Part shown: positions 1 through 13,992 of the stretch, in pieces
How the letters are laid out: each line of letters begins with the position of its first letter
How positions within the stretch are numbered: position 1 is the first letter of the stretch
Source of the DNA: Octopus vulgaris
Taxonomy: Eukaryota
Length of the DNA: 64,000 nt
Direction: 5' to 3'
NCBI GenBank assembly: GCA_951406725.2
Contig: OX597827.1
Location: 47,740,001-47,804,000, forward strand
Translations under genes and position numbers: made by a program
The notes under the pieces: model-generated
Told to the model about the DNA's origin: nothing
What the model saw: only the letters and a program-made list of their open reading frames with translations
The model's database searches: none

Positions 1-310
1 GAATGTAAGAGACAAAACGAATGAGGCTAATCCTTTTGTCAGCCAAAGTAAAGATGCTGACATCCCACCGTCTTTACAATTCTTTCCACTATAATTACGA
101 AGCCTGATATCGACTCCAATGCTCGACTAGTGATTTTTTTATTGACCCCGAAAAGATAAAAGACAAAACCACCTAAGAGTATATTGAACCTAAAACGAAG
201 CATTTTGTCCGACCTGCTAATGATTCTGTTATTTCGCCGCCTTATCCTTAAAATACAAATTTGACACCGGCGCCATTTGAAATCAAATCCCAAGAAATTG
301 AAACAAATTT

Positions 311-650
311 ACTCTTTTACTTGTTTCAGTAATTTGACAGTGGCCATACTGGAGCACCATCTTTAGTCGAGCAAATCGACCCCAGGTCTTATTCTTTGTA
401 AGCCTAGTACTTATTCTATCGGCCACTTTTGCCGAACCGTTAAGTTACGGGGACGGAAACACACCAGCATCGGTTGTCAAGCGATGTTGGGGGTGACAAA
501 CATAGACACATAAACGCACACATATATACGACAGGCTTCTTTCAGTTTCTGTCTACCAAATCCACTCACAAGGCTTTATTCGGTCCGATGCTATAGTAGA
601 AGACACTTAGCCAAGTTGCCACGCAAGCTACTTACCACACAGCCACTCCT
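311..650 (-). mobile_element. tRNA-derived SINE, family A (head GGCTGTGTGGTAAG, internal GT microsatellite, tail GACTGAAACAAGTAAAAGAG)
   Basis: Reverse complement matches copies at 25728-26170, 28640-29085, 47715-48112 and 56196-56620. Intact copies have an A/B-box-like head (GGTTCAGTCCC) and a CORE-like CCTTGGGCAAGT. Confidence 0.85.
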
Positions 651-884
651 GTCCGAAAATTTAGTGACTCTACAGATTCATCACTTTGAGAATTTGAGAG
701 ACTTAATTTTTTCATGGCCTTCAGTAATTTCCAGCTAGTAGAAGCTGGATAATCTTCGTTGTGTTGTCATAACAATAATGAAGGCTTACTTTTATTAGCA
801 GAGATCCTCAGATATCATAAAGTTTAACATTTGAATGGACGTTAAAAATTCGAATGTGTGATATTGATGTTTATAGATGACCTA

Positions 885-930
885 TAAGTTTGTCTCTAGA
901 TATGGCGTAAGTTTGTCTCTAGATATGGCG
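885..930. repeat. 23-bp tandem duplication
   Basis: TAAGTTTGTCTCTAGATATGGCG x2. Confidence 0.9.
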
Positions 931-2132
931 TGATAATAGTCATACATAGACCACCATCTCTTTTCTTCAGTCGGTATATCTATGACTACATTATCCTGAT
1001 GGCTCAGATTCAAGGTAATTAAGTATTATTAAATAAATTAGATGTTGCACCTGTAGCGATGATGATTATTCTGGTGGTTCAGTCAACAGCACGACTTAGT
1101 TATTTTGCTACAGTGTACGTAGGTGACCAATATTCAATCATTTTAGCACTTACCGAAATCGTTAGCTTGACAAGGTCTGCTACAAGTTGGAAGTGTTTCA
1201 AATACTGTTATTATCTTTCTAACAATCTCCATGCAGCTGCTTTCCTCTCATTTTCTCTAATACTATGCTTCTGATTCAATGGCAATAAAGAAATATATCC
1301 AAATATATAGCTTAAATATTCTCTTTATCTGTAGCACCATATAATGTAACCAAGAGCGAAATAAAATATAGATCACTCTGTTTCTGTGTCTATGCACGAC
1401 CTATCAAATATAGTAGCCAAATGCCTCTAAAATCTTTCATCATGCCAATGATAACAAGGGTGTGTTGAAAAATGTTTGTCTTGGATGAACTACGATGGTG
1501 TTAAGGAATGGAAGGGCTTTCATTATAGTAATTCAAGATCAAGTGTAAACTCAGGTGAACCCCCAGAAAATTAAGGAAAGGGTCATCAGATCAAATTTCA
1601 TTGGATTATGAAGTCAAAAGTACATCACTCCTGGAAACAGTAGCCAATTTTACCCTGGTTAAGATTACTTTGATCACATGTTTGTGCAAGCTGAGCCAAT
1701 ATGAAAAAAAACAACAACAACAGCAACAAAAGCATGTAATACTCTGCAGCAGAACAGATACATTCTTGCATTATTTATTTCGTTGTCATTTATATATCCT
1801 ATTTGATATGCAGTAGAACAAACTATTTAACAGCTTGGTGCCATTTGTGACAGGAAAAACTGACAGTTATCGCGGAATAATACTGCTCTCCAGTAATCTA
1901 AATTATGAAGTCCAGTGAAGTTTAAATGCCAGATAGACATAGCCAATTCCATATTAATGTATTCGGTAGGTTATTGTCTATTGTCAGGTTCTTGGGTTTG
2001 GAAGTGAGACAAACTAATATAATTATAACTGACTGGCTTTAACCCCTGTAGAAATAAGGTTTAATACATAAGATATAGACACACAAACATAACGTCCATG
2101 CCTCTCTCCCTCTCTCAAATTATTTATTTAAC

Positions 2133-2170
<38 letters not shown>

Positions 2171-2337
2171 TAATAATTAATAAGAGGAATAACCACTAAA
2201 GTGGATTCCTTTACGCTAGAGATAGACGTGAAATCGCCTTGCCACAAAGCCTGTTCTCAAGAAACAAAAAAAAAAGCAAATAACAATATTTAGAAAATAA
2301 GCAAGGCAAATGAAAATTTACAAAATAAAACGATTAC

Positions 2338-2408
2338 CTACGTATCATGATTTCATTATTAATACCTGCAAAATGCAAAATGAAAGTATCTGTAAATCCT
2401 CAGCGCAA
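2338..2408 (-). ncRNA. Type I hammerhead ribozyme motif with long helix II and palindromic helix III
   Basis: Minus strand reads UUGCG-CUGAGGA-[interrupted ~12-bp helix II]-GAAA-UCAUGA-UA-CGUAG. Helix I is UUGCG/CGUAG and the cleavage triplet is AUA. Confidence 0.65.
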
Positions 2409-2689
2409 TCTGTCATATCTTAAAACATATTTCACAGAACTATACACAGAAACGTTTTCCCGAAAGAAAACTCATGTACAGTTCTATAAAATATATTTCT
2501 GGTATTTTTCAAATGCCTTCATTTTGGCGAGCAAGTGCTGGAAATAACCCTGCAGATAACAAATTGCCGCAGTTACTTTACCGGTTTCAGAACATTGCCA
2601 TTTTAAATAAAAATAATGAGGATTGAAATTGATATCAATCAATTTAAACATCAATTTAAACCTGTGGTCTATGGTAGGGTTATTTTTTA

Positions 2690-2849
2690 GCATAAAAAAA
2701 AACGTTGAACACAATGAGAAACGAAAACATAAGAAAAACATAGAAATCGAACTTCTTTTCGAACAACGGAAAAACAGGGAACGTGATATGAAGATATGAA
2801 ACATAAAGAATATTTCCCTTCATCAGTTGTCCCTGTTTCATCTACTCCG

Positions 2850-2925
<76 letters not shown>

Positions 2926-2943
2926 GTATATATATGTATGTAT

Positions 2944-3006
<63 letters not shown>

Positions 3007-3100
3007 CATACATTTTTTCTCTCGTTCTTTGCGTATTTAACATATTTGTTTTTGTATTTCATGTTGTTTAATGTTGGTGACGTCCTGTATCTATATATGC
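2690..3100. mobile_element. Two divergent fragments of the TA-associated CTGATGAAGGG repeat family around a (TA)n tract
   Basis: 2690-2853 (-) carries GGGACAACTGATGAAGGG and 3010-3100 (+) carries the 3' end GTTGGTGACGTCCTGTA. Same family as 24355, 42555, 48461, 49450 and 51452. Confidence 0.7.
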
Positions 3101-3689
3101 AAATATATGTGCGTGTGTATGAATTTGTGTATCTGTGTATGTGTGTGTGCGTGTGTGTAGTTTCCCTTACGCTCCTTACCGCTAGTTTAACTGTACTTTT
3201 CTTTCCTTGTAAATATGTCACGAATTACTTGGCCGATCAAACCGATTACAATCTCTCGGAGTTAATACGCCAGTATAAGCATCGTCAAGAGATTGAAGGT
3301 ACAAAAGCATGCAAAAAAGAAATAATTATATATTTATTCTCTTGTGCATCATTTATAACTCTATGAGAATCGCAATTTTTGCGGTCATTCATGAACTTTG
3401 CACTCTCTACCAGTTTAGATTTTACAAGTGACTTTTAATCAATAATTTCTTTATATCGACACCAAAACTATAATTTCTTTTCCACAGGGATAGCATTTGC
3501 TAGTCTACATATATATAGATCACTTGAAGTGCAGCTGTTCCTTTCAACTTTAAAGTAGGCCTGGAAAACAAATAAGGACACTATGAGTTCGTTTGATTTT
3601 ATAGAAATATCTGATATTTTTTCGCTAAGAAAACATCGTATTTTGAGAAATGATTATATCTGAATTTCAGTGCAAGATTTAAGGAATCG

Positions 3690-4085
3690 AGGTTAGTTGA
3701 TAATAGTAACCCCACTTGCTACCTGGTTAGAATTTTATGTTATCGACATCGGGTGAATGAAAGGCAAATTTGGAAGAATTTGAACTAAGAAGATAAAAGG
3801 AAGAGGGACATACTGCAAAGCAATTTTTCCGATTCGTTAATATTTCTATCAGTTCTCTTGAATTTAGTGTCGGAAAAAAATGGTTTCAGATTTTGGCACA
3901 AGGCCAGAAATTTTTAGGTGACGGGGTAGGTCGATTACATCGAACCTCGTGCTAATATTATCGAACCTGAAAGGATGAAGAGTAAAATCGACCTCCGTGG
4001 ATTTGGAACTCGGAAGAAAATGAGTCGATAGACATACCACGAGTCATTTTCCGACTCGATAAAATTCGTAACAGCTCGCCCCACT
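3690..4085 (-). mobile_element. Two degenerate copies of SINE family B
   Basis: Contain ATCGA..CTGAAAGGATGAA...TCGACCTC...ATTTG.AACTC, the reverse complement of the family B core. Confidence 0.65.
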
Positions 4086-4114
4086 TTTGTCTCTGAAATG
4101 ATAAGCTACACGAA

Positions 4115-4174
<60 letters not shown>

Positions 4175-4578
4175 TGGGGGAGAGAGAGATTTATATGTTG
4201 TTTGAAAGTATGCAGGATAATCATTCATTCCTGGATCGTAAGTTTGGTTGAGCAGAATTAGACTCGGCGCAAAGAGCTACTGCATATGTGATGGACTGAT
4301 GTGGGATTATAGTTGCAATAACTGCATCACCAAATCATTAGACTGAAACTGCTGGTGACAACAATGTTAGCACTACTGACAATTGAAAATCAAACACCGT
4401 CCCATAGGCTAGAAATGGTAGCAACATGGTACTAGAATTGTTACTTAGCGTAGATATAAAATCGAATACAATACACATTATAGCAAGAGCTGCACAGGTC
4501 TTGAACAAAGGTACGATCCTTGTGGTTGGAGTATAAGCCATCGTAAGGAAAGCTGGTAATGGCTGACACTTTTCGAAA

Positions 4579-4607
4579 ATAATAACAGCAACAACAACAA
4601 CAACAAC

Positions 4608-4687
<80 letters not shown>

Positions 4688-4744
4688 TGGGATATAATGA
4701 TGATAATGATAATAATAATAATGACGACTACGACGATGATGATA
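4579..4744. repeat. (AAC)n/(AAT)n/(GAT)n microsatellite
   Basis: Direct inspection. Confidence 0.95.
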
Positions 4745-5668
4745 AAGGCTGTGAATATCATTCAAGCAATAAATACAGGGACTATTCCAGTATTAAGAGA
4801 CACTGTTACCTTTTTACTATGGACAGAAGTCGAGCTAAAGAAATTAGAAAGAAGAATAGAACATAGATCACTGCTCACAGTTCAAAACGCACACCACCAT
4901 GAAATTAGTACTGAGTGACTCTACATACCGGGAAGAGAAGGAGGCAAAGGTTTGATAGATGCAGAGGATGCTGTTTGTACCGCGATATTGGGGGTGAAAC
5001 AGAATAAAGAAAGATGACTATCAGCAACTAAAGGTGCCACAAAAATTTCTGGAACGATAAGAGATTAAAGAACACTTGGTCTGGCTGACGGACAGAAACC
5101 TGAGACCGAAGTGATAATCATAGCCACTTAGGAACAAGATATTTGGACGAATCTGATGAAGGCAAAGACGATACAGCTCAGAAACAGCACGTGTAGAATT
5201 TGAGTGAGTGCCGCAGGCTAGCACAAAAAGAGTATGAATGCCTAAGTGAAAGAATGAATTGGGATGTTTGCTGTATCTATGGCTTTCAAATAACACATAA
5301 GTGGTATGAACATTCACCAGAGGCTGTGACAAAGAATGAAGATTGCAGAATCTTATCGGACTTACCCGTAAAAAGACTGGCCTAACGAAAGGAAGAAGAC
5401 CAGATATGATTATAAAGAGCCAAAAAAAATGAACACTGTAAAATCATAGACTTTTCAATTCGTAGACTTATATGCAATTCCATATAATAGAGTGGAAACC
5501 AAAGAAGCCGGAGTGTGAAGAAATTGTTGCAGACTAGGAAAACAATTACACCTCTGGTCATTCTTACAACTGACAGAACATCCAGACTGCAACCTAAAAG
5601 ACTGAAACATTGGAATTAACAATCATATTGTCGACTTGCAGAATTGCCCTCCTGTATTCTGCAAGAAT
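4745..5668 (+). mobile_element. Degenerate R4/Dong-clade non-LTR retrotransposon fragment (post-RT region to REL endonuclease)
   Basis: Frameshifted peptides KAVNIIQAINT, WT..ELK, NAHH, LYIP.REGG.GL, KWYEHSPEAVTKNEDCRIL and RPD..I resemble the intact ORF at 60109. Flanked by (AAT)n. Confidence 0.8.
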
Positions 5669-5772
5669 AATAATAAGTTTTTGTGAGTTCTATATTTAAA
5701 AGAAAAGAAATTATGCACATTATTTGAATTATTTACATTTGACGGATATTTGTCCTCATTTTCTTTGTTGTT

Positions 5773-5818
5773 AACACAGCGTTTCGGCTGATATATCCTC
5801 CAGCATTTATCAGGTGTC
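5773..5818 (-). ncRNA. Degenerate minimal hammerhead ribozyme
   Basis: GACAC-CUGAUAA-A-UGCUG..CAGCC-GAAA-CG-CU-GUGUU, with G8A and cleavage-site mutations. Confidence 0.6.
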
Positions 5819-5948
5819 TTAGGGAAATTTCGAACTTGAGTTTTCATCTTTGTCTCTATATCTACGTAGGAAAGTTAGATGGTTTGAAAGACGTGCTAGT
5901 TTTTGATGGAGTTTCTCTATATGTCTCCCAGGTTCGAAATTTCTCCAA

Positions 5949-5994
5949 GACACCTCATGAAGGCTGGAGGGTATATCAGCCGAAACGTTGTGTT
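5949..5994 (+). ncRNA. Minimal hammerhead ribozyme with one core mutation
   Basis: GACAC-CUCAUGA-A-GGCUG..CAGCC-GAAA-CG-UU-GUGUU. Helix III is reduced to the palindrome AACGUU; core has G5C. Confidence 0.7.
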
Positions 5995-6877
5995 AACGAC
6001 AAACAAGATGAGGACAAATATCCGTCAAATGTAAATACTGTAAATAATGTAAGTATTTTTGAGAATTGTGATTTTTTGTCAGTAGTATTAGTAGTTGTGG
6101 CGTGAGTAGGAATAGAAGTAGTAGTTATGATAATAATAATAAGTTTTATTAAAACTGCAATAAATCCAATTTATGTGTTTCTACGAATTCGAACAGCTAA
6201 AATTGGTAGCAATTCTCTCTTCCACTACACTCTATACACGTAAAGAATATCTGAGAAATAAATAAAAATTTGAACTTCTTGCGCAGAGAAGGAAGTACTT
6301 TAACATTATTTTCCTTTTCAAAATAAAACAGTCAAATGTTACCGCTTTGCACTGCCTAAAATTAAACCTGTTCAGGCTTTATTGAATTGAAGATTAGAAA
6401 GATGAGAAACAAACGTTTGTGATCGCTTAAGACCTCTATATAAATGTTTTATTTTCTCTGAGACTATAGATAATGGAATTTATGTATCGTTCTACTTACA
6501 TATATTAATAAATAAATACATTTATACGTAACTTGAAAATCATTAGAATTACATCATATAAATCTGAGAGAATCTTAACCAGAATTCGAAAGAGAAGTGA
6601 AAGATATCTATAATGGTGCTTGCATACAGGAACGTTAACATAAATTATAATGCAGATATGCGTCGTTTCCATGAGGACGTCATTTTGATAGTTATTTTTT
6701 TCCAATTTCCGTAGTTTATCAACAAGTGGAAATAGAAGGAAAATATTGAAGCTTAATTAAACGAAAAGAAAACCAATGTAAAGAAGCATTTCGTGTATGT
6801 GACCTATCTCTACACAGGCACAAACACACCCTCGCATATTTGATATATACGTATATATGTGTATATATTTGTATTTA

Positions 6878-6921
<44 letters not shown>

Positions 6922-7216
6922 CACACACACCTATATATATGTAGATATACATGCATATACTCACACACATCTACACCCACACATATACGTGTGAGGGTGT
7001 GTGTGTGTCTGTGTTCATTCATACGGCAATTATATAAATATTTACACACAAACTCATTTACGTATAAATAAAAAAAACTGTATAATATATACGTGTGGCC
7101 GTGCGTAAGTTCCATACACAAACGTGCATATGGCACTATATATATATAGGTAGATATATATATGTACAAATATATATAAATACATGCATATATATATATA
7201 TACCTACCACACACAC

Positions 7217-7283
<67 letters not shown>

Positions 7284-7627
7284 TGCGCGCGTTTGTTCTA
7301 TTCAGCGAATGTAATAAGATTCCTATTTACTGATATTATACGATATATTGAAGTGACTGAAATATGTGAAATGATGAATTTAATCAAATTTTAATGCAGT
7401 TTTTAGTTTACTTTGTAAGCAGACGTTATGAGCGAGATGTCTAAGCTGCTAAATTGAATATGCATTTCCTGTTTATCATACTTTGTGTACTCTTATGCAC
7501 GCATGCGCATAAAATGCTGCGAGTTTCTCTCATAGATGTATATATATATATATGTATACATATATACAAACACAATATATCTATCTATCAATCTATCTAA
7601 CTATATACCTAGCTATCTTTCTTTCTT

Positions 7628-7672
<45 letters not shown>

Positions 7673-7809
7673 TTATATATCTATCTGTCTATACAAACAT
7701 ACATACTTATATATTCATATAAATATAAATGATTTATAAAGTGCTCTATATTTTCAACATAATTAAATTTTATGAGATTTGTATTTTATATAAAATTGCA
7801 TGAAGTGCA

Positions 7810-8270
7810 GTGTGTACGTATGTACATATGTATATATGCTTGTATGTATGTATATTTGCTTGTATGTATGTATGATTTATGTACGTGTTTGTATGTACGT
7901 ATGTATGCATATACGTATGTATTTTTGTACGTATGCATGTTTGTATGTATGCGTGTATGTATATATGCATGTATGTTTGTTAATATGTACGTTTGTGTAT
8001 ATATATATATATGAGTATGAATGTTTGTATGTATGTATGCATGGATGTATGTATGTATGTATGCATGTATGTATGTTTGTATGTATGTAATATTTGTATA
8101 TATGTATGTTTGTATGTATGTATATGTGTATGTATGTTTGTATGTATGTTTGTATGTATGTATAAGTTTATGTATGTGTCGATACATGCATATGTGTATG
8201 TATGTATTTTTGTATGTATGCATGTATATACTTTTGTATGAATATTTGTACGTATGTATGTATATATGTA
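7810..8270. repeat. Degenerate (TATG)n microsatellite
   Basis: Direct inspection. Confidence 0.9.
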
Positions 8271-8699
8271 TATTAATTATTAGAGACGGAAGCAGTATGA
8301 ATGCAAAACGGCAACCTTTATATCCAACTGAAAATGGATGCTTTGTTGCAACACTGTATTCGGAGATATTAGCCTCGGGATATCCTCTCACATAGACTAT
8401 TGTTGCATTATAGCACACACATAGAACATAGCAGATGAAATCCATCTGTTATTGGTGCTGCAATACCCCTATAACTTGCGATTCCTATATCACCTATTGT
8501 ATGTCATCAACTGCGTTGATTTGCGCTTCTCATGTTGTCTGAAATATATATGTAGTATTACATTTTGTGGTAAAATTTACACTTTGTCAGCAAATTCGTT
8601 TGAAAGTATTGTTCGGCCAGAACCGCTCTGGAACGATATTAAACAATGCAGCAATGAGAATAACGAGATCCTCATGTGTGATTTTTAGAACAATATTCT

Positions 8700-9160
8700 T
8701 TTCTTCTCTAAGCACAAGGACCAAAATTTGGGGGAAGGAGCCAGTTGATTATTCGTTTCTACTCTAGGCACAAAGTCTAAAATTTGGTGGTAGGGGGACA
8801 GTTGATTCTATCGACCCTGAAAGGCAAAGTCGACCTCGGCTGAATGTGGACTCAAAACGTAAAGACAGATGAAATACCATTAAACATTTCGCTCGGTGTG
8901 CTAACGTGTCTTCCAGCTCGCCGCTTTATTTTTAGAACAATATTCGTTTCTACTCTAGGCACAAGGCCCGAATTTTAGGGGGAAGGGGGCCAGTTGATTA
9001 GATCGACCCTAGTACGCAACTGGTACAAAATTTATCGACCCTGAAAGGATGAAAGGCAAAGTCGACCTCGGCGGAATTTGAACGCAGAACGTAAAGACAG
9101 ACGAAATAACACTAAGCATTTCGCCCGACGTGCTAACGTTTCCACCATCTCGCCCACTTA
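8700..9160 (-). mobile_element. Tandem copies of SINE family B
   Basis: Repeated TTCTACTCTAGGCACAAGG ends and GAAAGGCAAAGTCGACCTCGGCGGAATTTGAAC core. Confidence 0.85.
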
Positions 9161-9864
9161 TTTTGAGAAAAATACTATATCAGTGACGATGCATCCCTCC
9201 AATGATGTATCTAAAGTACAGAATGTGAATAATGTATGTCTGTTTCAGATAGAATGTTTCTGAGATTATATAATTCCATCGATATTCATTTTATAAAGAC
9301 TCCATTGTGGCATTCCATGAAATCTTGGACATAATTTTCAAAACTCAGGCTCACCATTTGAGGTTTTTTCGTTGTTAAGTGGAGGTCAATATGTGCTTCA
9401 TAATTTTCATTACTCATGATGTGGTTAAATAAAACGAAGAGATTTCTTTAGTTAATAACGATCGTAGGCTATTTTACTTTAAAATTTCTTAATATCTAAT
9501 ATTTAATAATTCAGGTTCCATATTTTGAAGATATTAAGATATTCATAATGATATCCAGTAGATAATGCACATGGACACACAGATATCATCATAAATATGT
9601 GCAAAATTACTTCCGTGTCCCCTTACCTACGGTTATTTATTTATATACAAATTTACATACACATACACAAACCTACTATTTATACACACACACGCACATA
9701 TATATTGTGTATGTATATATAAAGTTAATCCAAACAAGAAAACAAAAACAAAAAAACAACAACGCAAGGACGTAGGAGAAGGAAAGATCCCGAGAAGGGA
9801 AGACAGGGGGAAAAAATCACTGGTGATACAGACGAGGTCACATACTATATATATATATATGCAT

Positions 9865-9931
<67 letters not shown>

Positions 9932-9934
9932 TTG

Positions 9935-9996
<62 letters not shown>

Positions 9997-10800
9997 TATA
10001 GGGCACACATAAATGCCACACACTAGGAGGGACTCTTACAGTCAGAACTACTAAAATAAATAAACACATCATACCGAAAGCGTTCATTTATTATATATCT
10101 TGAACTATGCGTGCACTGACGATTAGAGAGTGCATTTCTGCACCAATTATGAAATCATGTGATTTGGAGATACAATATATTTCCTTATTTTAAACAACAA
10201 TAATTTTTGTTTTCTGTTTGTTTGTTTTTTACTGTGATTCAGTTTCATTAACAAATACTAGGTGTCGGTAACATTTGTGAGTTTAGTATCATTCATGAAT
10301 TGATGTCGATTCTTGCACTTAGGCAAGACTTTTCTTGGGCAAGTATTTTTGCTATCACGCAATGTGAAAAAGAAAAAAAAATATCAAAGATCAACGACAT
10401 ATATTAATTTCCTTGCAGAGCTGAGATAAAACAGATTTGAGATTGGAGAAGACAACCGGAAATCGATCCAAGATTCTGAAATATATCCGATCCCACTGGG
10501 TTTGAGATTTGGTTCCGATATAATCTTTCTAGTAGATTGTATGGAACGGTTCTTCTTCTTGCTTTAAATTTATCACAAACCATTCTCTTTTATCTGGTGG
10601 ATATTTAACTTGGCATCTGAATGATACCATATCGATCTTTCACTCGAAATAAGTTCACGTAATCGTAAACAACCGTAGCCAACACAATCACAAAACACAG
10701 ACACACAGACACACACACACAATAAATAGGATAAACGTTATGTCAACATATGAATAGCTCGTCTGCTGCTTGATAAATTTTACGTTAGGTTATATATGAC

Positions 10801-10802
<2 letters not shown>

Positions 10803-10851
<49 letters not shown>

Positions 10852-10875
10852 CATACATATATATATATATATACA

Positions 10876-10944
<69 letters not shown>

Positions 10945-10960
10945 GCATATATATATATAT

Positions 10961-10993
<33 letters not shown>

Positions 10994-11002
10994 CATACAT
11001 AC

Positions 11003-11050
<48 letters not shown>
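10803..11050. repeat. (TA)n microsatellite
   Basis: Direct inspection. Confidence 0.95.
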
Positions 11051-11055
<5 letters not shown>

Positions 11056-11929
11056 GTTTGTTTGTTTGTTTGTTTGAATATAGATTACTCGTTTCTATAC
11101 TCCGAAGTGGCGTATTCTCTTTAAATAGGAACCATATGCGGTAAGCAGCCTCCGAGAATATGATTGGAGTTTTGCCAAATAAGGAAAGTACTGTAAACAA
11201 GCTCATTCTTCAAACGTCTAAAATAGATTATGGGTGCTAGGCATTGTTTTAAAATTGATTTGAACTACAATATATATTCAACGTGGCCACAAATCAATGT
11301 TTATTGAAGGAAGTTATGTTAAGTAAATTTGATCGGTTATATATCGTTATGCTATTTTCACCCTCGCTTCAATGCTATCTAATAGGCTTTCATATAATGG
11401 AATCCTATATTGCGGTACGGCGCAGTATCTCGATTATTGATGTCTAAAGGTTAATGAAATATTAGTTTATTGCAAATTAACGTTATATGTGAAGTGTTTC
11501 TAAAGAAAGGAAACAACCACAGCGCAAAAGCAATGAACGTAATAAAAATGTAAAACAGCAAAAGAGCCTTCTAGACGGTTCCTTGAGCTACTAGAAATAA
11601 CAGCCAATTAGCTCTTCACAACTTCATACTCTGATGATTTAAATATATTGTGATACACAGGAATTCACCGTATTTCATATATGAAACGTAGGATATGTTA
11701 TGACTAGAGTTCTTTGTGAAATACAAGCAAAAGCCCCACCCCCCGTCCAATAAACGGTGCTGAGTTGTCAAACATTTAAACCAAATTTTCTGAAAACAAC
11801 TTGTCCGACCGTCCCATAGGCCTCCCCTTTGAGAAACACTTATTTAACGTAAATTTGAGACACCAGCAAAAGAAGAAATAAATAAAGATAGACTTATTTT
11901 CTATTCCAAAGAGAAACGATTTTACTCAC

Positions 11930-12433
11930 ACTAATATGCACCCGAAGAGTTTAAAGTACCAGTAACAATAAGGCTGCTGACTGGGAGAACACAAACATGG
12001 GTTAACCAGTAAGCTTGGCAGGAAAGAAACGTGCCTTTAAGCAGTACAAAGACAAAAAAAAATGAAAGTTGCTGGTATGTACAGCAGGACAAAAATGATG
12101 CATGCAAATGAGTTAGCTGGAGGAAAATCTAAATGGAAAGGCATGCTGCTTTTTTTGCGCAAACTGCACTAGCATTTTTCTCCGTAGCATTGTATCGAGC
12201 GCAACAGCTGATGTACTTGCGCCTACAAATGCACGTTCCTACGACTTTGTCGATCGCATTCTCACCTGGGATCGATTTTTGTAATTTTTTCAAGACTTAT
12301 ACACGCCCTGATACCGTCGGTATCCACATATCGAATTTGAGCGCAATCGGATGGAGGATGCCTGAAATCCTAGAAGACACACGCACACACACACACACAC
12401 ATACACACACAGAACGGATTTTATATAATAGAT
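11930..12433 (+). mobile_element. Helentron/HINE-like non-autonomous element (putative)
   Basis: Begins ACTAATATGCACCCG, has a subterminal (CA)n and ends TTTTATATAATAGAT, the same end style as 22678, 22796 and 23400. Confidence 0.45.
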
Positions 12434-12849
12434 ATTTGGTCAATCATGGTTGATCTGCAACAAAACATCAACAAACAACAAAGCCTTAAAATATGTTATG
12501 TCAAAATAGTTTGTTTCTATACGCAGCTAAAATTACCCTGTGGTTATAATTACAACACTATCAATGGATCTTTCTGATATTTGAATAATTTCCTATATAT
12601 TATACTGGAAAAGTTATTTCACACTATTGTTTTCTTGTTGATATGATAATAGTTATTCGATCAAGAGCCGGAGTGAGCTCTGAATAAATGTAAAGGATAA
12701 TTCAACTATTTCGAGCTGTTGTATTTATATCTAACCATATTTCAAGAAAGGACGTAGAAATAACATCCCCCTTACATTTTAAGATATTCATAATAGATGC
12801 GTTGTTTGCTTTTAGTAGTACATGTATTTGACAAAGGATCTTATCATCT

Positions 12850-13232
12850 TATTAAGATCGGTTGTGTCTTCTTCTTCCTCCAGTCAGGACTCACGCTATT
12901 AGCCACAAAAAATAATCTCTAATTCGAGTCTACTCTAAGCTACTAAGAATGCGTGTGGCGACTTGAAGATCCACCCACCACACGCGGTAGACTGGCGGTT
13001 GCACGGTCGCGAAAGCTACGCTGTTATCCTCATTCCGTAAACGGTGGCTTTTAACGAATGGAGAGTTGAACCATCCTGAGGTACAGAGGATTTGCAATCT
13101 AGACCAGGGTCTGAAAGTTTACCACACCATAATGGGTTACACCATGGTTCCTCTGCTTTGTGGCAGAAATAGGAAGAAAGAGTGAGAGAAAGTTGTGGTA
13201 AAAGAGTACAGCGGGGTTCACCACCATCTCCA
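12850..13232 (-). mobile_element. SINE family C-related copy with distinct 3' tail
   Basis: 13170-13230 is the reverse complement of the GGTGGTGA.CCC.GCTGTACTCTTT.ACCACAACTTTCTCTCACTCTTTC domain of 39637 and 40572. Confidence 0.6.
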
Positions 13233-13667
13233 GTGTTTTTTTTCCTCAGCGCGCAACTGATACTTTCATCCATCAACTGACTAAAACATCACGATTTTAT
13301 TACATTACAGGTCTCCATAGCAGAGCTAAAGATTGTTTCACTCGCGGTGATTGTTTTACTTTGTTGTCGTTTAAACTGAGGTAAAGAAAGCTACAAGACT
13401 AAGCAAATGTATGATGAAAATGTCTCTAGAATTGACAATATCACCATTCGGTGCATTAGCTACTTGATTTTTCGTCAGTTATGTTTTATTTTTTTCTCAT
13501 TTACATGTTTCAGCCATTAGACTGCAATCATGCTGAAGGGCACCGCTAATTTTCTGGGACGTAAACATACACACAAGAAAAAACACCGATTGCGAAGCGG
13601 TGATGGAGGGACAAACACAGACACACACGCATATTCCCGCCACACACACACACACACACACACACGC

Positions 13668-13729
<62 letters not shown>

Positions 13730-13992
13730 CAATTAAGGACAACTACTTAATAAGGAAAACTTAACAAGAAATTGTCAGGTAGATAGCGTGAAAACCTCAT
13801 AAGAGAATAAATTTCGAAAATAATTATTTCTTATTGAACATATTAATTTATATATAGAGGGCAGTATACATACATGCCAGCGGGCATTATACATACATGC
13901 CACACGCTAAGAGGGACAATTAGTCATTTCTACCAAAAATATTACTAATCCCACCGAGTGCAATTTTTCAAAGTAAGACATTTAAAAATATA

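Larger units (their letters stand above)
5680..6052. mobile_element. Penelope-like pseudo-LTR pair in divergent inverted orientation
   Basis: 5716-5840 is an inverted repeat of 5927-6052, and each arm holds a minimal HHR. Confidence 0.75.

Noticed and set aside
5623-6105. Two similar ORFs (QVRNF.KTP..WR.YQPKRCVN)
   Set aside because: The similarity is due to the inverted repeat; conservation fits RNA structure, not coding.
10409-10680. Possible exon after acceptor-like TTCCTTGCAG
   Set aside because: Stops occur in all three frames shortly downstream.
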